A stretch of 64,000 nucleotides of DNA from Phoronis australis (GCA_002633005.1 NMRA01000015.1:675239-739238), one strand, 5' to 3'. Shown: positions 13,657 to 26,755, counted from the first letter of the stretch. Numbers and translations are program-made. Notes: a model not told the origin generated them from the sequence alone.

Positions 13657-13819
13657 CAGGGACGGATCCAGGATTTTTAGTTGGGGGGGACAGGGCAGAG
13701 TTTTAGCCTATCCCGGATTTTGCTGCCTGTCAGACATTTGCACCCCCAAATTGCCACAAGGAATCTGGGAGAGATTTTGGGGGGGCATAGCCTCCTTAGC
13801 CCCTCTAAATCCACTACTG
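13657..13819 (+). mobile_element. hAT-like MITE with 5-bp TSD (copy 1)
   Basis: Ends CAGGGACGGATCC ... AAATCCACTACTG, flanked by TGTAC/TGTAC. Confidence 0.75.
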
Positions 13820-13959
13820 TGTACCTATGGGCAGTTTGAGTCCAACATCTTCTGTCAAACCGTCACTCGTGGAAGGTACCTCAGGTAATCCCGGGACAGT
13901 ACCCAACCTTCTGAAGTGGCTGCAGTAAAGACCGGTGGCCATTCGGGTTTGGAATTCAT

Positions 13960-14100
13960 TCAACCAACCATTTTTCAACCGTTATAGGTGATCTTATTCA
14001 CCAAACAATATTGATTAAACTGTTCACATATTCCTCCGATTCTTTATCACATCTGATTCCCCAAATGAGTTCAATTCCAAGTTCAGGCATAAGCGACCTT
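13960..14100 (+). repeat. Interspersed repeat fragment shared with 17635-17850
   Basis: GGTGATCTTATTCACCAA...TGTTCACATATTCCTCCGATT...TCAATTCCAAGTTCA is present at both sites. Confidence 0.7.
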
Positions 14101-14921
14101 GAAGTTTACGCACAGCACTGGCCTAACTCTTCCCAAGGGGGGCGCACCATATAAGGGGCTATAGCCCTCCACTTTTTCAGTGCTGCACTGCCAATGGTCT
14201 ATACGTACGTACGCAGTGCACCACAGGGGGGGGGGGCTTAAGCTACACTTTTTTCAGTGCTGCGCCACCCATTCTCGAGCAAATACTCCCACCCGTAATC
14301 AAACTCATTTTCGAACAGGCCCAGCTCGTTCAGTTATCCAAATCTGCAACTGACCACTCGGTGATTTTTGCACTAGCTACTCGCGTCAACAGCTAGTATA
14401 CGATGAATCAGTTAGCAGGTGTGTCTCTATTTAAACAGCATGTCTTTAGTTATTTAATATCAGTATGAGGCTTATTAATTCGCCGAAAAGCTTCAAGAAT
14501 CTTTATTTACTACGTCGTTCGTTCGTACGGAAGAACAGCTAGGGTTAACATCAGCCATCGTTGGGCTGTAACAGAATCATTATGGGGGAAATGGAACTTA
14601 GAGCAGAAGATGGAGACTAACACCGAGATATTATAAATAAAAGTAGACAATAATAGACACACGTGAAATACTACAATCTAGAGAAATTATTATTGTACTG
14701 GTCTCTGGTATACACTATTTACAATTCATGTCGGCGCATGGATGTCCAGCGTCCCTACTGCCAATGAAAGATTTTATAGTCGGTTGAGACTGCAGTGAAG
14801 TAACGAGTGTTTAGTCAGTGATGACTCACTCGCTGTCAAAGTTGCGATAACCTTTGACCGCCACCATGTTACTTTGACCTAATTTCCAATTTATGACACA
14901 GTTGCAGAGGCGCCACTTATC

Positions 14922-15064
14922 ATGTCTTTCAAATCTGGTGCTTTTATCGCTGTCATTACTGCCATTGCTGTAATTCAGATTCCGAAATTGTTCCAGCCAA
15001 ACTTACAACCAACTTATGGAGGCCACGTTGAGCCAGGATTTGAGAACATCGCCGAATTGTTCAG
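14922..15064 (+). CDS. Beta-lactamase domain-containing protein (lact-2-like serine hydrolase, 429 aa) exon 1: MSFKSGAFIAVITAIAVIQIPKLFQPNLQPTYGGHVEPGFENIAELF(R)
   Basis: ATG followed by a hydrophobic signal/anchor, family-typical G-x-V-x-PGFE motif, GT donor at 15065. Confidence 0.88.
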
Positions 15065-16667
15065 GTAGTGATCGCTGGCAGTGCCACAGTGGCATAGACC
15101 ATAGACAACAGATTCGCAACTCCCGACATTTTGCGTTGAAATATCCGAGAGGAGGCGCCACTCTCCTAAATTACCAATCTTAGCTTCCGGTTATAGTATT
15201 GTGACGGTAAATTCTTGCATCTTACTGTCAACTGTAACTCTAGTACAACGAAACAAAATAATTTTGGCATTGAAACAAACGCTGTTCAATCAAAGTCTTC
15301 CAATTGTAAGGCTCTTGGTATCGTGAGTACTTTTGGCTATGCTACAGGTCGTGTAATTGCAAAATTCAAACTTCAGTGCGGACCGATTTTGTGATTTTGT
15401 CGTCTGCTTGCACGATATGACAATTATGACATAGTCATAGAGCAACTACGAACAGTTTGGTATTAATGGTTCATGTACTGAGAAAAATACAATTTAAGCG
15501 TATCTGTGCACAAATTTTTAGGGATACAGTTCGTTAAAAATTATACGACATTGATTGTTAGATAATTTCTTTAGTTTATGCACTTCTCGTATTGTCTAAA
15601 AATGCAATTTGTGTTGTGTGCGGATTGCGTCTGCTGTGCAGTAGCTAACCAAGCGACATCTTTAAAAGAACAAATGATAGAAAATTTGTTTTAAAAATTA
15701 TATGAGACCCCAGTACTCTGCATACACCCCCGTCCTTTGTTTCTAACTCAACCCATTTTTTTTTAAAAAAAGGGATGAACTGTCTCTGACATATTGATAG
15801 TGCATTAAGTTTTTATAATAATGCGTGAACCGTGTTGAATGCATTCAGATGAACTGGCCTCATTGATTTGAACAGAATATTAATTAATTGTAACAATATA
15901 AAGTTTTGAAAGTAAATTTATTGTGTACTAGCAGCTACAGGATTCCCTTAGAATCAAGCTTATTAAAGCTTTTGGCGCTTGGTTATCTGATTGGCCGAGA
16001 CACTTACGGTGGCAAAATGGTAGTTCATGTGCACTGTAGAAATGTTATCAGTATCGTATTTTCATTTGGGCCAATCTGTTGATGCAGTAAATTTGCTTAT
16101 TTATGTCCATTCTCATGTGTTCACAACTTGAACCTGTTGTGCTATACTGTCGGTGTTGGCACAAGGACCAACGTGCTGCTTACTCAAAATATGAGATTTG
16201 TTTTAGTGGCTATTTTAACTTAACAAAATTGTGATGTTGAGGTAAATAAACAAACTGGATGATTTTCATCCCCCGGGATTTTATCACGGGCATTTTTTTC
16301 CAAGTGCTCAAGTTTTCCGAGGCACTGTCATACTTTTAGGGTGGAAGAGTTTCGCAGGACTTCCAAGTCTGGCATTATTTATACCTCACCAGAATTGAAG
16401 AAACGATACCCATGTTTAAACCAGGAGCTGCATAGGGTGTTTTTTGTGTAGATGTTTTTCTGTGCTGCGCATCTCTATAAAATGAGCCTGTCTGTTCATA
16501 AAATACCACGCGCAGTGGAACTGAAATTCATACAAGGTAAAAATTGTGATTTCCAAGTGCTCAATCTGAGTTGTCATCTCACATAAATATCAAAATTATA
16601 CTAATACCACACAAAGGTATTCCATAAACTTGAAAAATAGCACCCATGTCAGTGGCATGTCTCCACC

Positions 16668-16734
16668 NNNNNNNNNNNNNNNNNNNNNNNNNNNNNNNNN
16701 NNNNNNNNNNNNNNNNNNNNNNNNNNNNNNNNNN
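16668..16734. other. Assembly gap (67 N)
   Basis: Run of N. Confidence 1.
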
Positions 16735-17369
16735 CCCCCGTTACCTGTTTGCTATCGCTCAGTGTCCATTTCCACTGCTGAGCACTGAGGTTATTCGTTA
16801 TTCTAGATTGGGAATGTGTTCTAGCTACCTTGACAGGGAAAGGATTTTTTGAAAATCGTGATCTTCGCTTTCGTGAATTTTTAGCTCTGATCAAGGATGT
16901 ATATGTGAAATGTCAGAGTTAATGTTCACAAATCAACTACATGCAGGCTAAACCAGAGTTGGTGATGTTTTTAAAGAGAAACTTGGTTTGTCTACAAATT
17001 ATTTTGTCATTTCATTCGTTTTATTATTAACCGTTTATTTTTTTCTTTTCTTTTACCGACTTCACCCTCGTCTCAGGCTCTGAGGCTCTGTCGAGGGTAC
17101 TGTTACAGCCCTGTCAGCCGTTATACTTTGAACATGATGGTTAGAATGGTTTATTGAAGAAACCCCCAGTAGGTTGACCAGTGTCAAACTAAACTCTGAT
17201 GGGATAAACACCAGCACACCTTACATACTAATGTGCATAACAAAAGTGGCTCTGACAAAAGCTCTGAGCAAAGCAGCACAGTACTGTCAAATTTATAGAG
17301 GTTAATAATAAGAGTCACAATTATAGTTTATAGTAACACAACAATAGTGACACACAAACTAAACAACAA

Positions 17370-17635
17370 TTATGGTCCTTATTGGGGGCCTTTTCCCTCA
17401 GTTGCCGTGTAATTATGGTCCTTGTTAGGCCCCTTTTCCCACAGTTGCCGTGAAGTTCGCTAAGAGCACAGGTTACACTTGCCCATTTAACAAACTTTGA
17501 AACAAGTTTTCAAATTTTCCTGCAAAATTTTGAAGGTTTTCGAGTGTTATAGAGCATTACTTTGTTTCAGAGAACTGAGTGGGAAAGTCGTTTTCAGTAT
17601 CTCTTAGTAGACCAAAACTGGATTTAGTATCCTTA
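17370..17635 (+). mobile_element. Solo arm of the TTAA-flanked foldback family seen at 20112-20741
   Basis: TTTTCCCACAG..GCCGTGAA..GAACTG..GGGAAAGTCGTTTT.AGTATCT matches 20520-20741. Confidence 0.65.
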
Positions 17636-18374
17636 CCATTTTTCAACAATTGGTGATCTTATTCACCAACCAATAATTGATATAAATGTTCACATATTCC
17701 TCCGATTATTTGTCACATCTTACAGTAAAGGAGAAAATGAGTGATCACCAGGCCAGTAATTACAAAAATTCTGTAAACTGAACAAAAAAATTCACCTGAT
17801 TGTCCTAATAAATATTCAATTCCAAGTTCACGCATACACGATCTTGAGATTAAGCAGGATTCCAAGTTCACACACAACTGTTAGACTATAGCATGCAAGC
17901 TTGAGAGTACTTGTCAGTTATCTTTCAAAACGACTCTAGTTTCTGACAAATAAGCCTCAAGTAGAAAGTGAAAATATATCAGCTATATTTCAATAAGCAT
18001 GACTTAAAGCTTCATTTAATCTATTTTCTGTCCAAAAATTGATTTAGGCCTCTTTCTGTTATAAAACTGGTCCTTTACTCAGTTTAGAAGTAAAATCGGA
18101 AAATTCTGTACTTGATCTGAAGAAGTGATCAACTGACAGTTCCTTGCAAGACCAAAAATCACTTGTCATCTGAGAATAGAACACGTTGCTCAAGACATAG
18201 TGGTGAGTGGTGTACATCAAAAGTTAGTTTCTTTTTGCTGGAACATGGGTTTATAGTCATGGGAGTCACATTAATGGCTGTTTTGTAACCAGGTGGAGAG
18301 TGAATTTGAGTAAACATTACAACAATACTTATTAGGTGTTACAGCTGTTGTATCCAATCAAATTTTAATTTCAG

Positions 18375-18430
18375 AAAAAATATTGAAAGTGGAAAAGAAA
18401 TGGGTTCTTCATTTGCTGCCTTTTATAAAG
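18375..18430 (+). CDS. Beta-lactamase-like exon 2: KNIESGKEMGSSFAAFYK(G)
   Basis: TTTCAG/GTATTT splice sites, phases match, resembles the family E-x-G-A-x-F-A-x-Y-x-x-G segment. Confidence 0.88.
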
Positions 18431-19281
18431 GTATTTAATTTTAATTTTGCTAATCATTGATCATTTCATTCCTGTGCTGTTCTCTGATTGTGTCTACTAG
18501 TGGAGTATGATGTATCAACACAGTCTTCCTAAAAAGGAAATGTCACGCCTCTCTTGGTGTCTATTGTTGCACTCAGTAAATTTAGCAAAAGTTTAGGGGC
18601 AAGGTTACTGAACAAATTTTCAAAATCTGAACGCACAATCAGCAAATATGATAAAAGCTACTACAATTAGCCTAAGACCATAGGGGACTGGGGCTATAGC
18701 CCCCCACTTATTTCAGTGCTCCACCACCCATGTAAGGAGCATTTAAGCTCGAAGATATAGGAACCAAGCAGTGCTCACTGATTTTTTCTTTGACCAAAAT
18801 AATCTAGTTTTATTTCAGTTGAAATTGACAATTTTTGGATTTCAATAAAATTCAATAGCAGCTTGATACACAAGCCTCTGATTGTCTTAAAATGGCTGTA
18901 AACCTTGTTCTCATGTCCAAACAACTTCCTTGTTCCCAGCCATATTTACACTTTCAATGTTTCCAGCCATATTTGCATTTTCAAGACAACATTCATTTGC
19001 TGCATTCTAGTCCTATGTCAGAAATGAAATAGGTTACAATAATTCGCCTAGACAAATCCAGCGTGATGCCTTTATCTCAAACTATCGAGTCTGGGCTGAA
19101 AAGTTCACGCTGTCACTGACCTGACACCTATTGAGCCTGGTCTGAAGCAAATGATTCTAAACTGACTAAGGACTACGATCAAGGCGGTAGCCAGCATTGC
19201 GCAAGGGGTGGTTCGAATTTCTGGAATGGTGAACCTTTGATATTTTGCAAAGATCGACCTGGTATAGTTTCAGTAAGGTCC

Positions 19282-19557
19282 CACTGGCGGATTTAGGGGG
19301 GGGGGGCAAGGGGCTATGGCCCCCTAAAATTCTCCCAGATTCCATTTGGCAGTTCGGGGTGCGAATTGCTGACTGGCATATGCGCGCAGGGGGGCTCGGA
19401 GGGTGAATGCTCAATGCATAGCCTTGAACAAACCCCATTTACCCATTTTCTTATTAATAAGTTCCACAAACCCCCTACATTCCTACATTTTAGGCGTGTG
19501 GTGAAATTCTGGTTATTCTTGTGCCCTGGTCTCCCCTAAATCCTGGATCCGCCCCTG
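19282..19557 (-). mobile_element. hAT-like MITE with 5-bp TSD (copy 2)
   Basis: CACTGGCGGATTTAG ... CTGGATCCGCCCCTG, flanks GGTCC/GGCCC. Confidence 0.75.
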
Positions 19558-19859
19558 GGCCCCTGATGCAGCTTAATTAGAGGGAAGGGAAATCTATATG
19601 TACAACGATGACTCTCAACTCTATGTTCCTGAGATGAGACGGAAATCGGGATGCCGCAACAGTTGCTCGTAAAGAATGGGACTCCAATTCGGATGTTGTA
19701 ATGTGGTCCAGAACATGGAGAACGTTCTCGCGTTACCTTCTGCCAAACTTTCAAATCAGGCATGCTTAAAAACATATTCGGACTGAATTTTTTGGTCTGA
19801 GAATAACTTTGAAATTTTTATCTGGTTGGATTTTTGCGTGTTGCTTACATCGCTGCAAA

Positions 19860-21295
19860 GGGAACAGCCCACTATTCTGAAGGTTCACTATTTCGAAGGT
19901 TCACTACTCCGAAAATATCTAAAATTTCGAACACAGGTTTAATTTTTATACTTTTGCATGCAAAAGTACACGATACTTCAAATCAATTATCAGATGCACT
20001 GAGTGGTGTACCTATTCCGAAAACAACGTCCGGGTACTGATTTCTTGCGCTTACGAAATTACCAGCATGTTTTTACAAATATGAAAAACTAAGTAACTCT
20101 TGCATTTTTAACAGGATGCCAAACCCGGATTTGGCCTATTGACAGATTCTAAAAATGACTTTCCCATCCAGTTCTCTAAAAAAATGATACTCTGTAACCA
20201 TTGGTAACCCTCAAAAGTTTGCTGAAAATTTTGAAAACTCCTTTCAAAGTTTGCTAAACGGAAGAGCGAAGAAAGATTTTTGCGACTTACACGGCAACTG
20301 TGCTAAAAGTCCACCCACCAAGGACTATATTGTCCAAACTTTGACATGGGATGTATGAATTTTCAATTGATTCCTTCCTTATCAAGGATTGTAAACACTA
20401 TTTTGATGATTTCAACCAATCCTCGTCCTCTCACATGCTGATGCATCATTGGCGTCAATCTTGAAAGATAAAGCAGGAATCAGCTAAGAATTCATATCGT
20501 ACTATCTCGCGATTTGGATATTCTGGTCCTTGGCGGGTGGTGTTTTCCCACAGATGCTGCGTAACTGGCTAAAAGCGTAGGTCACGCTTGCCTCTTTAGC
20601 AGAATTTGCAAGGAGTTTTCTAATGTTTCTCAAAATTTTAGAGGGTTGTCGAGCCATTAAAAAACATTTTGTTTCATAGAACTGGAAGGGAAAGTCGTTT
20701 TTAGTATCTGTTAATAGGACAAAACCGGGTTTGGTATACTTTTAACTTGACACCAGTGATGCACTAGCAGGTGACAGAACGAGGTTTGGTGGAAATCATC
20801 TCAGAGTTATCCTTTTAAAAGAATACGAAGTAAGGATATTAATGAATTATTACATCACCTGGCGGAACCGCGCTCACAGCCGGTTGAAACTAAATAAAAA
20901 GTTGGAAGGTTATTGTGTCCCTGCTAGTCTTCACAAAGTCAGAGAATCACATTCGGTTTTCTTAAATTTAAAACTGCCGTTGGTCACCACAACCCTGACC
21001 CGTGCCCCAGATGTTGTCCCTGCTTGAGAATGAGTCGTTAGTTAGGCTCAAGAATCACATTTGATAGTGATTGGAACTAGGCTCATTTGTAAACAATGTA
21101 ATCAAAGTTTTAAGAACTATTCAACTCTTGCACAACCTTTAAATGGTTACCAAATGGAAACATGAAATACAATATTTCATTCATGTCTGTTCTGACTCAA
21201 TAGCAGACAGTCTGAGTATTGAACCTTCGGAGTAGTGAAACTTCAGAGTTGTGTACCTTTGGAGTAGTGAACCTTCGAAATAGTGACACGTAACC
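19860..21295. mobile_element. DNA element with inverted subterminal arrays of GGTTCACTATTYCGAA, hosting a nested insertion
   Basis: The left array 19870-19913 is the reverse complement of the right array 21220-21285. Confidence 0.55.
20112..20741. mobile_element. TTAA-flanked foldback MITE with about 220-bp imperfect TIRs (Kolobok/piggyBac-type target)
   Basis: CCAAACCCGGATTTGGCCTATTGACAGATTCTAAAAATGACTTTCCC is mirrored by GGGAAAGTCGTTTTTAGTATCTGTTAATAGGACAAAACCGGGTTTGG. TTAA at 20108-20111 and 20742-20745. Confidence 0.75.
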
Positions 21296-21636
21296 TTGGA
21301 AATCTTTTCCATCAAGTTTGATGCTCGTATGAAGTCTACGAGGCTATGCACCATTGCCACTGATTGACAAGGGAACACTTTCTTCATTGACAAAAGTTTT
21401 ATTAGGTCTAAAACCTGCTTTTCCCTAATAATTGAGCATGCTTGTTTCCTCAGTGCAAGAACACGTGGTAGTAAAATGTCTGATTTTTGTTTGAGCAACG
21501 ACAGAGGACTGCCTATAGTGAACTTACCGTCGGCGTGTACTGGATTTAAAAGAATGGAAACACACACACGTATACATGTGCATGCATTTCAATCCACCAG
21601 TCCACAATCAAAGTGGACATTAGATGAACAACAATC

Positions 21637-21796
21637 CAGTGGCACAATTTAGAGGGGGGGCCAAGAGGGCCATGGCCCCCATAAAATTCTCCCAGATTTC
21701 ATTTGGCAGTTCGGGGGTGCGAATGTCTGACGGGCAAAATCTTGGCTAATACTCTGCCCTGGCCCCCCCAAACTCAAAATCCTGGATCCACCCCAG
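21637..21796 (-). mobile_element. hAT-like MITE with 5-bp TSD (copy 3)
   Basis: Shares AAAATTCTCCCAGATT.CATTTGGCAGTTCGGGG and AAATCCTGGATCC with the other copies. Flanks CAATC/CCATC. Confidence 0.7.
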
Positions 21797-21999
21797 CCAT
21801 CATTTGACGATCACCTAATTCGAAATTTGAAATGCACCTTACCATACTAAGCTAGCAAGTATACTAAAATAGCAGATAGCAATCATGTTTTTTGCTGTTT
21901 TGTTTCTTGGTCAATTTTAATACATTCACGCCACACTACTTTTTGAGAGCTCTTTTGCTGCTACTTATAGACATTTACTTCTAGACACCCTTGTTACCC

Positions 22000-22415
22000 T
22001 ATCGTTGGCCAAATGGGTGAATGTTATGCTGTTAAATTACACGCGCAAGATAATTCTTGTTAGAGGCGTAACTAATTACGGCATAAAGAAATTTTTGTGG
22101 CGTAAAATAATTATTTACGGCGTAAAGTAATTTGCAGCGTAAACTAATTATTTGTGGTGTAGAGTAATTACATGCAGCGTAAAGAAACTTTGTATGGCTT
22201 AATTTTGCAGTGTAAAGTAACTTTTAGTGCCGCAAATAGTAACTTAACGCCATAATGTAATAATTATTACTTTACGTCATAATTACGTTACACCTCAAAC
22301 AAATACTTTACGCCGTAAATAATTACTTTAAGTCGTAAACAATTTATTCGTCTAAGAAGAATTGACTTACGTATGTTATTTAGGAGCGTAATGTTCACCC
22401 ATCTGGCCAACGATA
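22000..22415. mobile_element. MITE with about 31-bp TIRs (TAT...ATA ends) and internal TTACGGCGTAAA subrepeats
   Basis: TATCGTTGGCCAAATGGGTGAA / TTCACCCATCTGGCCAACGATA. No clear TSD. Confidence 0.8.
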
Positions 22416-22865
22416 ATATCGACGATAATGGTAGCTACCACGCATGCTCAATGCCAATGAATGACGTAAAGCCTCCTCCAATCATCTGCACGATCCTGCC
22501 ATATGCGCAAACACCACTCGGGCGAATTTGGGCCCTGGGGTCGGATAGGAACCGATGATTACGCGGAGCACCTTGAATCATAAGCAAATTCTTATAACTT
22601 AGTTATAATAAGTTACCGTAGTAAGTACAAGTAGCTACAACAATTTTGTTGTTGTCCATCTATATCCTATCTCTAACGGAAAGGCTGGGGCTGGACCTTT
22701 TCCGCGGGGGGGGGGTTGTGGTTCGATGGAACCCCCTGAATCCCCCTGGCTACGAGCCTTACGAGATCATTTTCATAATGGTTAGTGGCCTAAATCAAAA
22801 ATTTATTTTTTACAGAAGTTGGGATGTATTGCCACTTTAACACTGCAATCACTTCACAATTTTAG

Positions 22866-23001
22866 GACGACTGGTGGTCAACCTGTGGGGTGGGTACGCA
22901 GATGATGAGTTTCGAATCCCGTGGTCGGAGGACACCATTGGAAATTTTTATTCAACCACCAAAGCGATGGGAGCCATTATGATTGGCATTCTTGTTGACA
23001 G
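22866..23001 (+). CDS. Beta-lactamase-like exon 3: RLVVNLWGGYADDEFRIPWSEDTIGNFYSTTKAMGAIMIGILVD(R)
   Basis: VV-x-LWGGYAD, PW-x-x-DT and catalytic SxxK (STTK), with AG/GT boundaries. Confidence 0.95.
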
Positions 23002-23149
23002 GTATTTAAGGTTATGTAGGAGTGCATTGACAAGTATGTGTATTCAGTGAAGTACATCTATCTTATCTAGTTTAACCCAGTGAAAGAACATTATTTTCTC
23101 AAAGTAGAATTTGGCCATTCTAGCACTGATTTTTTCAGGTGACCATGTC

Positions 23150-23620
23150 TTTTTATACAGCCACATGTACATATGTGGGAACATATTGCTGTCATCTCTA
23201 TCTGGACAACCATTGTTCTTCTGCTGTTGTATTTGATGGGTCTGACTATTGTGGCACCCATTAGTGGCAATTTTTGTTGTACAGCTGTACCTCCTGACTG
23301 CCTTGTAGGATCTTTGTGAATATTACAGGTGTATTCTTATGAACTTAGAAACAGATGATAACGTGTTTCAGACACATCCAAATACCACAGACTGTGTCTT
23401 GTAGTAAAAAATCTATTTTTTACATTTGCCTGTGGATCTTCGGAGTTCATTAAATTAATAAACAAGTAGGTTTTTATTTAGGAGATGACAAGGCCTTCCC
23501 ATTTTTGGACAGCTTGTACACATTCTGCGCCACCTAGTCACCATTTTTGTTATTGTAATAAACCTCCTAGGAGCATACCAATTGTGGTGCAGTCGTGGGC
23601 GCATTTAAACTCTTTGTGTG
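23150..23620 (+). mobile_element. HINE/Helentron-like non-autonomous repeat, related to 36696-38379
   Basis: Starts TTTTTATA...CATATTGCTGTCATCTCT, like the 36696 element. Confidence 0.6.
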
Positions 23621-23689
23621 GGCCTTTTTGTAACGTTTGAAAGAGCGAAAAGTACATTCAAAGCAAAAAGGTGGCATTTATAATATGAC

Positions 23690-23915
23690 CAAATGTCATT
23701 TGATACAAATTTCAAGATGAAATCTCAAAAACAGGCCGTCACAGATTTCTGAATTATCACTTTGTTTTCGTAATATGCAACTCATGCAAAAATGGAACAG
23801 TGCATAAAGCACAGTACCGGTATCTGAAAGTTTCATTCGAATCTGATAGCCATTTCTGACATATGATGTTTTGAATTTGGCCACGTTTGGACATTTTGTT
23901 ACTAGGGTTTTACAC
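23690..23915 (-). repeat. Interspersed repeat, inverted relative to the copy at 35272-35575
   Basis: GCCATTTCTGACATATGATGTTTTGAATTTGGCCACGTTTGGACATTT is an imperfect reverse complement of AAATGTCCAAATTTGGCTAACTTTAAAACAACATATTTCAGAAATGGC. Confidence 0.75.
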
Positions 23916-24184
23916 AACCAGACAGTGACTTTTTGCCGTCGGCATGTCAGGACATTTCAAAATGTCCTGACAATGTTGTTTAATGTAGAATTTTGTGGAA
24001 AAGTATGACTAATTTATAAAATTCCCCTTTTCTGCTACATTAAGTTCTAGATCACATAATCCTTGTTGCACGTGTTAAAGAGATGAAAACACGTGAAAGC
24101 ATTCATGTGAACATGTTCATCATACATTCCATTGAAGGAAATATAATGTTCACTCTATCATTTTCTGCTCTGTCAATATTTCAG

Positions 24185-24284
24185 AGGACTGATAGATTAC
24201 GAAGAGACTGTTGCCACCTATTGGCCAGAATTTGCCCAGAATGGTAAAAAATACATCAAGGTGAAGGAACTGCTCAGTCACCAG
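24185..24284 (+). CDS. Beta-lactamase-like exon 4: [33 protein letters not shown]
   Basis: [10 protein letters not shown] and LLSH motifs, with AG/GT boundaries. Confidence 0.95.
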
Positions 24285-24882
24285 GTACAACCATCATTTT
24301 CATATTTGTTGCAAATAATGGAAACTTTGCCAAATGTTTCTTTATGACGTACACAACTTACAAACCGAGATAATGCCAGACTCAAATTTCTGAATTTTTA
24401 TTTTTGTTGATAAATTTTATCTTAAACCAAATAGCACTTGACTGCCGTATTGTGCACTAAATAGATTAGATACCGTATTACCACATCTGAGGGTGCGATT
24501 ACTCAAGCGTAAATAATTCTTGCAAAAATAATCAAGCTAAAAAGTACCCAAACTTTTTAGGCTTGGCCAATATTCAAGCTTTTTGGATTTATGCTTGGTT
24601 AAAATTACTCCAACTTGCACAACAATGGTTACCTAGACGCTAGATTTTTCCCAATTTGAAATACAATGTAGAAAATGTGTAACTGGCCTAGTAGCCTGAT
24701 TCAAGATTTTTTGACACACTACCTGATTTACCTTTATACTCATCGTCGGTCTTTTTCAAGCTAACTGAACAATGGTTAGTAAGAAAGCAAGGGCATTTAA
24801 GGTTGAAGAAAAATATCAAATAAGTTGATGGTGAATGAAGTTTGATCAAACTTGGTCAGTTTTCATTTCACAGAATGTTGTG

Positions 24883-26070
24883 AACTATAGTCACTATCAA
24901 TGAAGTCAACTATAGTCACCGTCAATGTAGTCAACTATAGTCACCATCAATGTAGTCAACTATAGTCATTATCAATGAAGTCAACTATAGTCACCATAAT
25001 GTAGTCAACTATAGTAACCATCAACGTAGTCAACTGTAGTCACTTTCAGTGTAGTCAACTATAGTCACTTTCAGTGTAGTCAACTATAGTCACTATCAAT
25101 GTAGTCAACTATAGTCACCATCAATGTAGTCAACTATAGTCACCATCAATGTAGTCAACTATAGTCACCATCAATGTAGTCAACTATAGTCACCATCAAT
25201 GTAGTCAACTATAGTCACCATCAATGTAGTCAACTATAGTCACCATCAATGTAGTCAACTATAATAGTCACCATCAATGTAGTCAACTATAATCACCATC
25301 AATGTAGTCAACTATAATAGTCACCATCAATGTAGTCAACTATAATCACCATCAATGTAGTCAACTATAATAGTCACCATCAATGTAGTCAACTATAATC
25401 ACCATCAATGTAGTCAACTATAATAGTCACCATCAATGTAGTCAACTATAATCACCATCAATGTAGTCAACTATAATAGTCACCATCAATGTAGTCAACT
25501 ATAATCACCATCAATGTAGTCAACTATAATAGTCACCATCAATGTAGTCAACTATAATCACCATCAATGTAGTCAACTATAATAGTCACCATCAATGTAG
25601 TCAACTATAATCACCATCAATGTAGTCAACTATAATAGTCACCATCAATGTAGTCAACTATAATCACCATCAATGTAGTCAACTATAATAGTCACCATCA
25701 ATGTAGTCAACTATAATCACCATCAATGTAGTCAACTATAATAGTCACCATCAATGTAGTCAACTATAATCACCATCAATGTAGTCAACTATAATAGTCA
25801 CCATCAATGTAGTCAACTATAATCACCATCAATGTAGTCAACTATAATAGTCACCATCAATGTAGTCAACTATAATCACCATCAATGTAGTCAACTATAA
25901 TAGTCACCATCAATGTAGTCAACTATAATCATCATCAATGTAGTCAACTATAATAGTCACCATCAATGTAGTCAACTATAATAGTCACCATCAATGTAGT
26001 CAACTATAGTCACCATCAATGTAGTCAACTATAGTCACCATCAATGTAGTCAACTATAGTCACCATCAAT
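24883..26070 (+). repeat. 25-bp minisatellite GTCAACTATAGTCACCATCAATGTA (about 45 units) with an internal 53-bp higher-order block
   Basis: Visible tandem array in intron 4 of the lactamase-like gene. Confidence 0.97.
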
Positions 26071-26649
26071 TCAAATGGTCACCCCTAGTCAGCCACTGCA
26101 GCCAAACCATTGCCCTCTAAGTCTACCGTAACAAGGATGCGACCATGCTGCAGACTTAAATGTACTCTCACGCTGGCATCCACTGTGTATTTGGAAGTGA
26201 ACTGAATGATTTCATTTGATAAACATTATCAAAATAATCAACAAATTGTAGCTAATTTTACAAATTATGCTATTTATGAAATGATGATGAATCTTGTACC
26301 ATGAATGATACTTTATTAATGTAGATGGCTTATGCACACTTCATCGACAAAATGGTATTCATGTGCTTTCTGCAGTACCAGCTTCAGTACGCATGGATTT
26401 TTTATTCTTGTTGAATGGCATAGTTAGGTTTAGTTGTGAACTGAAAACAGATTTGGTGTAACTTACCTATTTAGATTGTTTTATAAAAAGATTTAGACAA
26501 CTTTTTTGCATGTCACCTGAGTTGCATAGTTTTATTGGAAAATTTAGTAGCAGACAGACAGACGCACTCGCACGCACACACACACACACACACTCATGTA
26601 GTTGACAGATTGGTAACACTATCAACTTGCATGTTTTGTTATTTTTCAG

Positions 26650-26755
26650 GCAGGGCTGGCTGCCATCGATGTTCCTTTTAACATTTCTCTTATCCAGGAT
26701 GACCCTCACAAGCTAGGTGATATTCTGGCTCAACAGAAACCCCTCTGGATACCAG
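26650..26755 (+). CDS. Beta-lactamase-like exon 5: AGLAAIDVPFNISLIQDDPHKLGDILAQQKPLWIP(G)
   Basis: Completes LLSHQAGL and has LA-x-QKPLW-x-PG, with AG/GT boundaries. Confidence 0.95.

Noticed and set aside
24883-26070. CRISPR-like appearance of this and the other regular arrays (27605, 54734)
   Set aside because: Units are contiguous with no unique spacers, there are no cas genes, and the context is eukaryotic.
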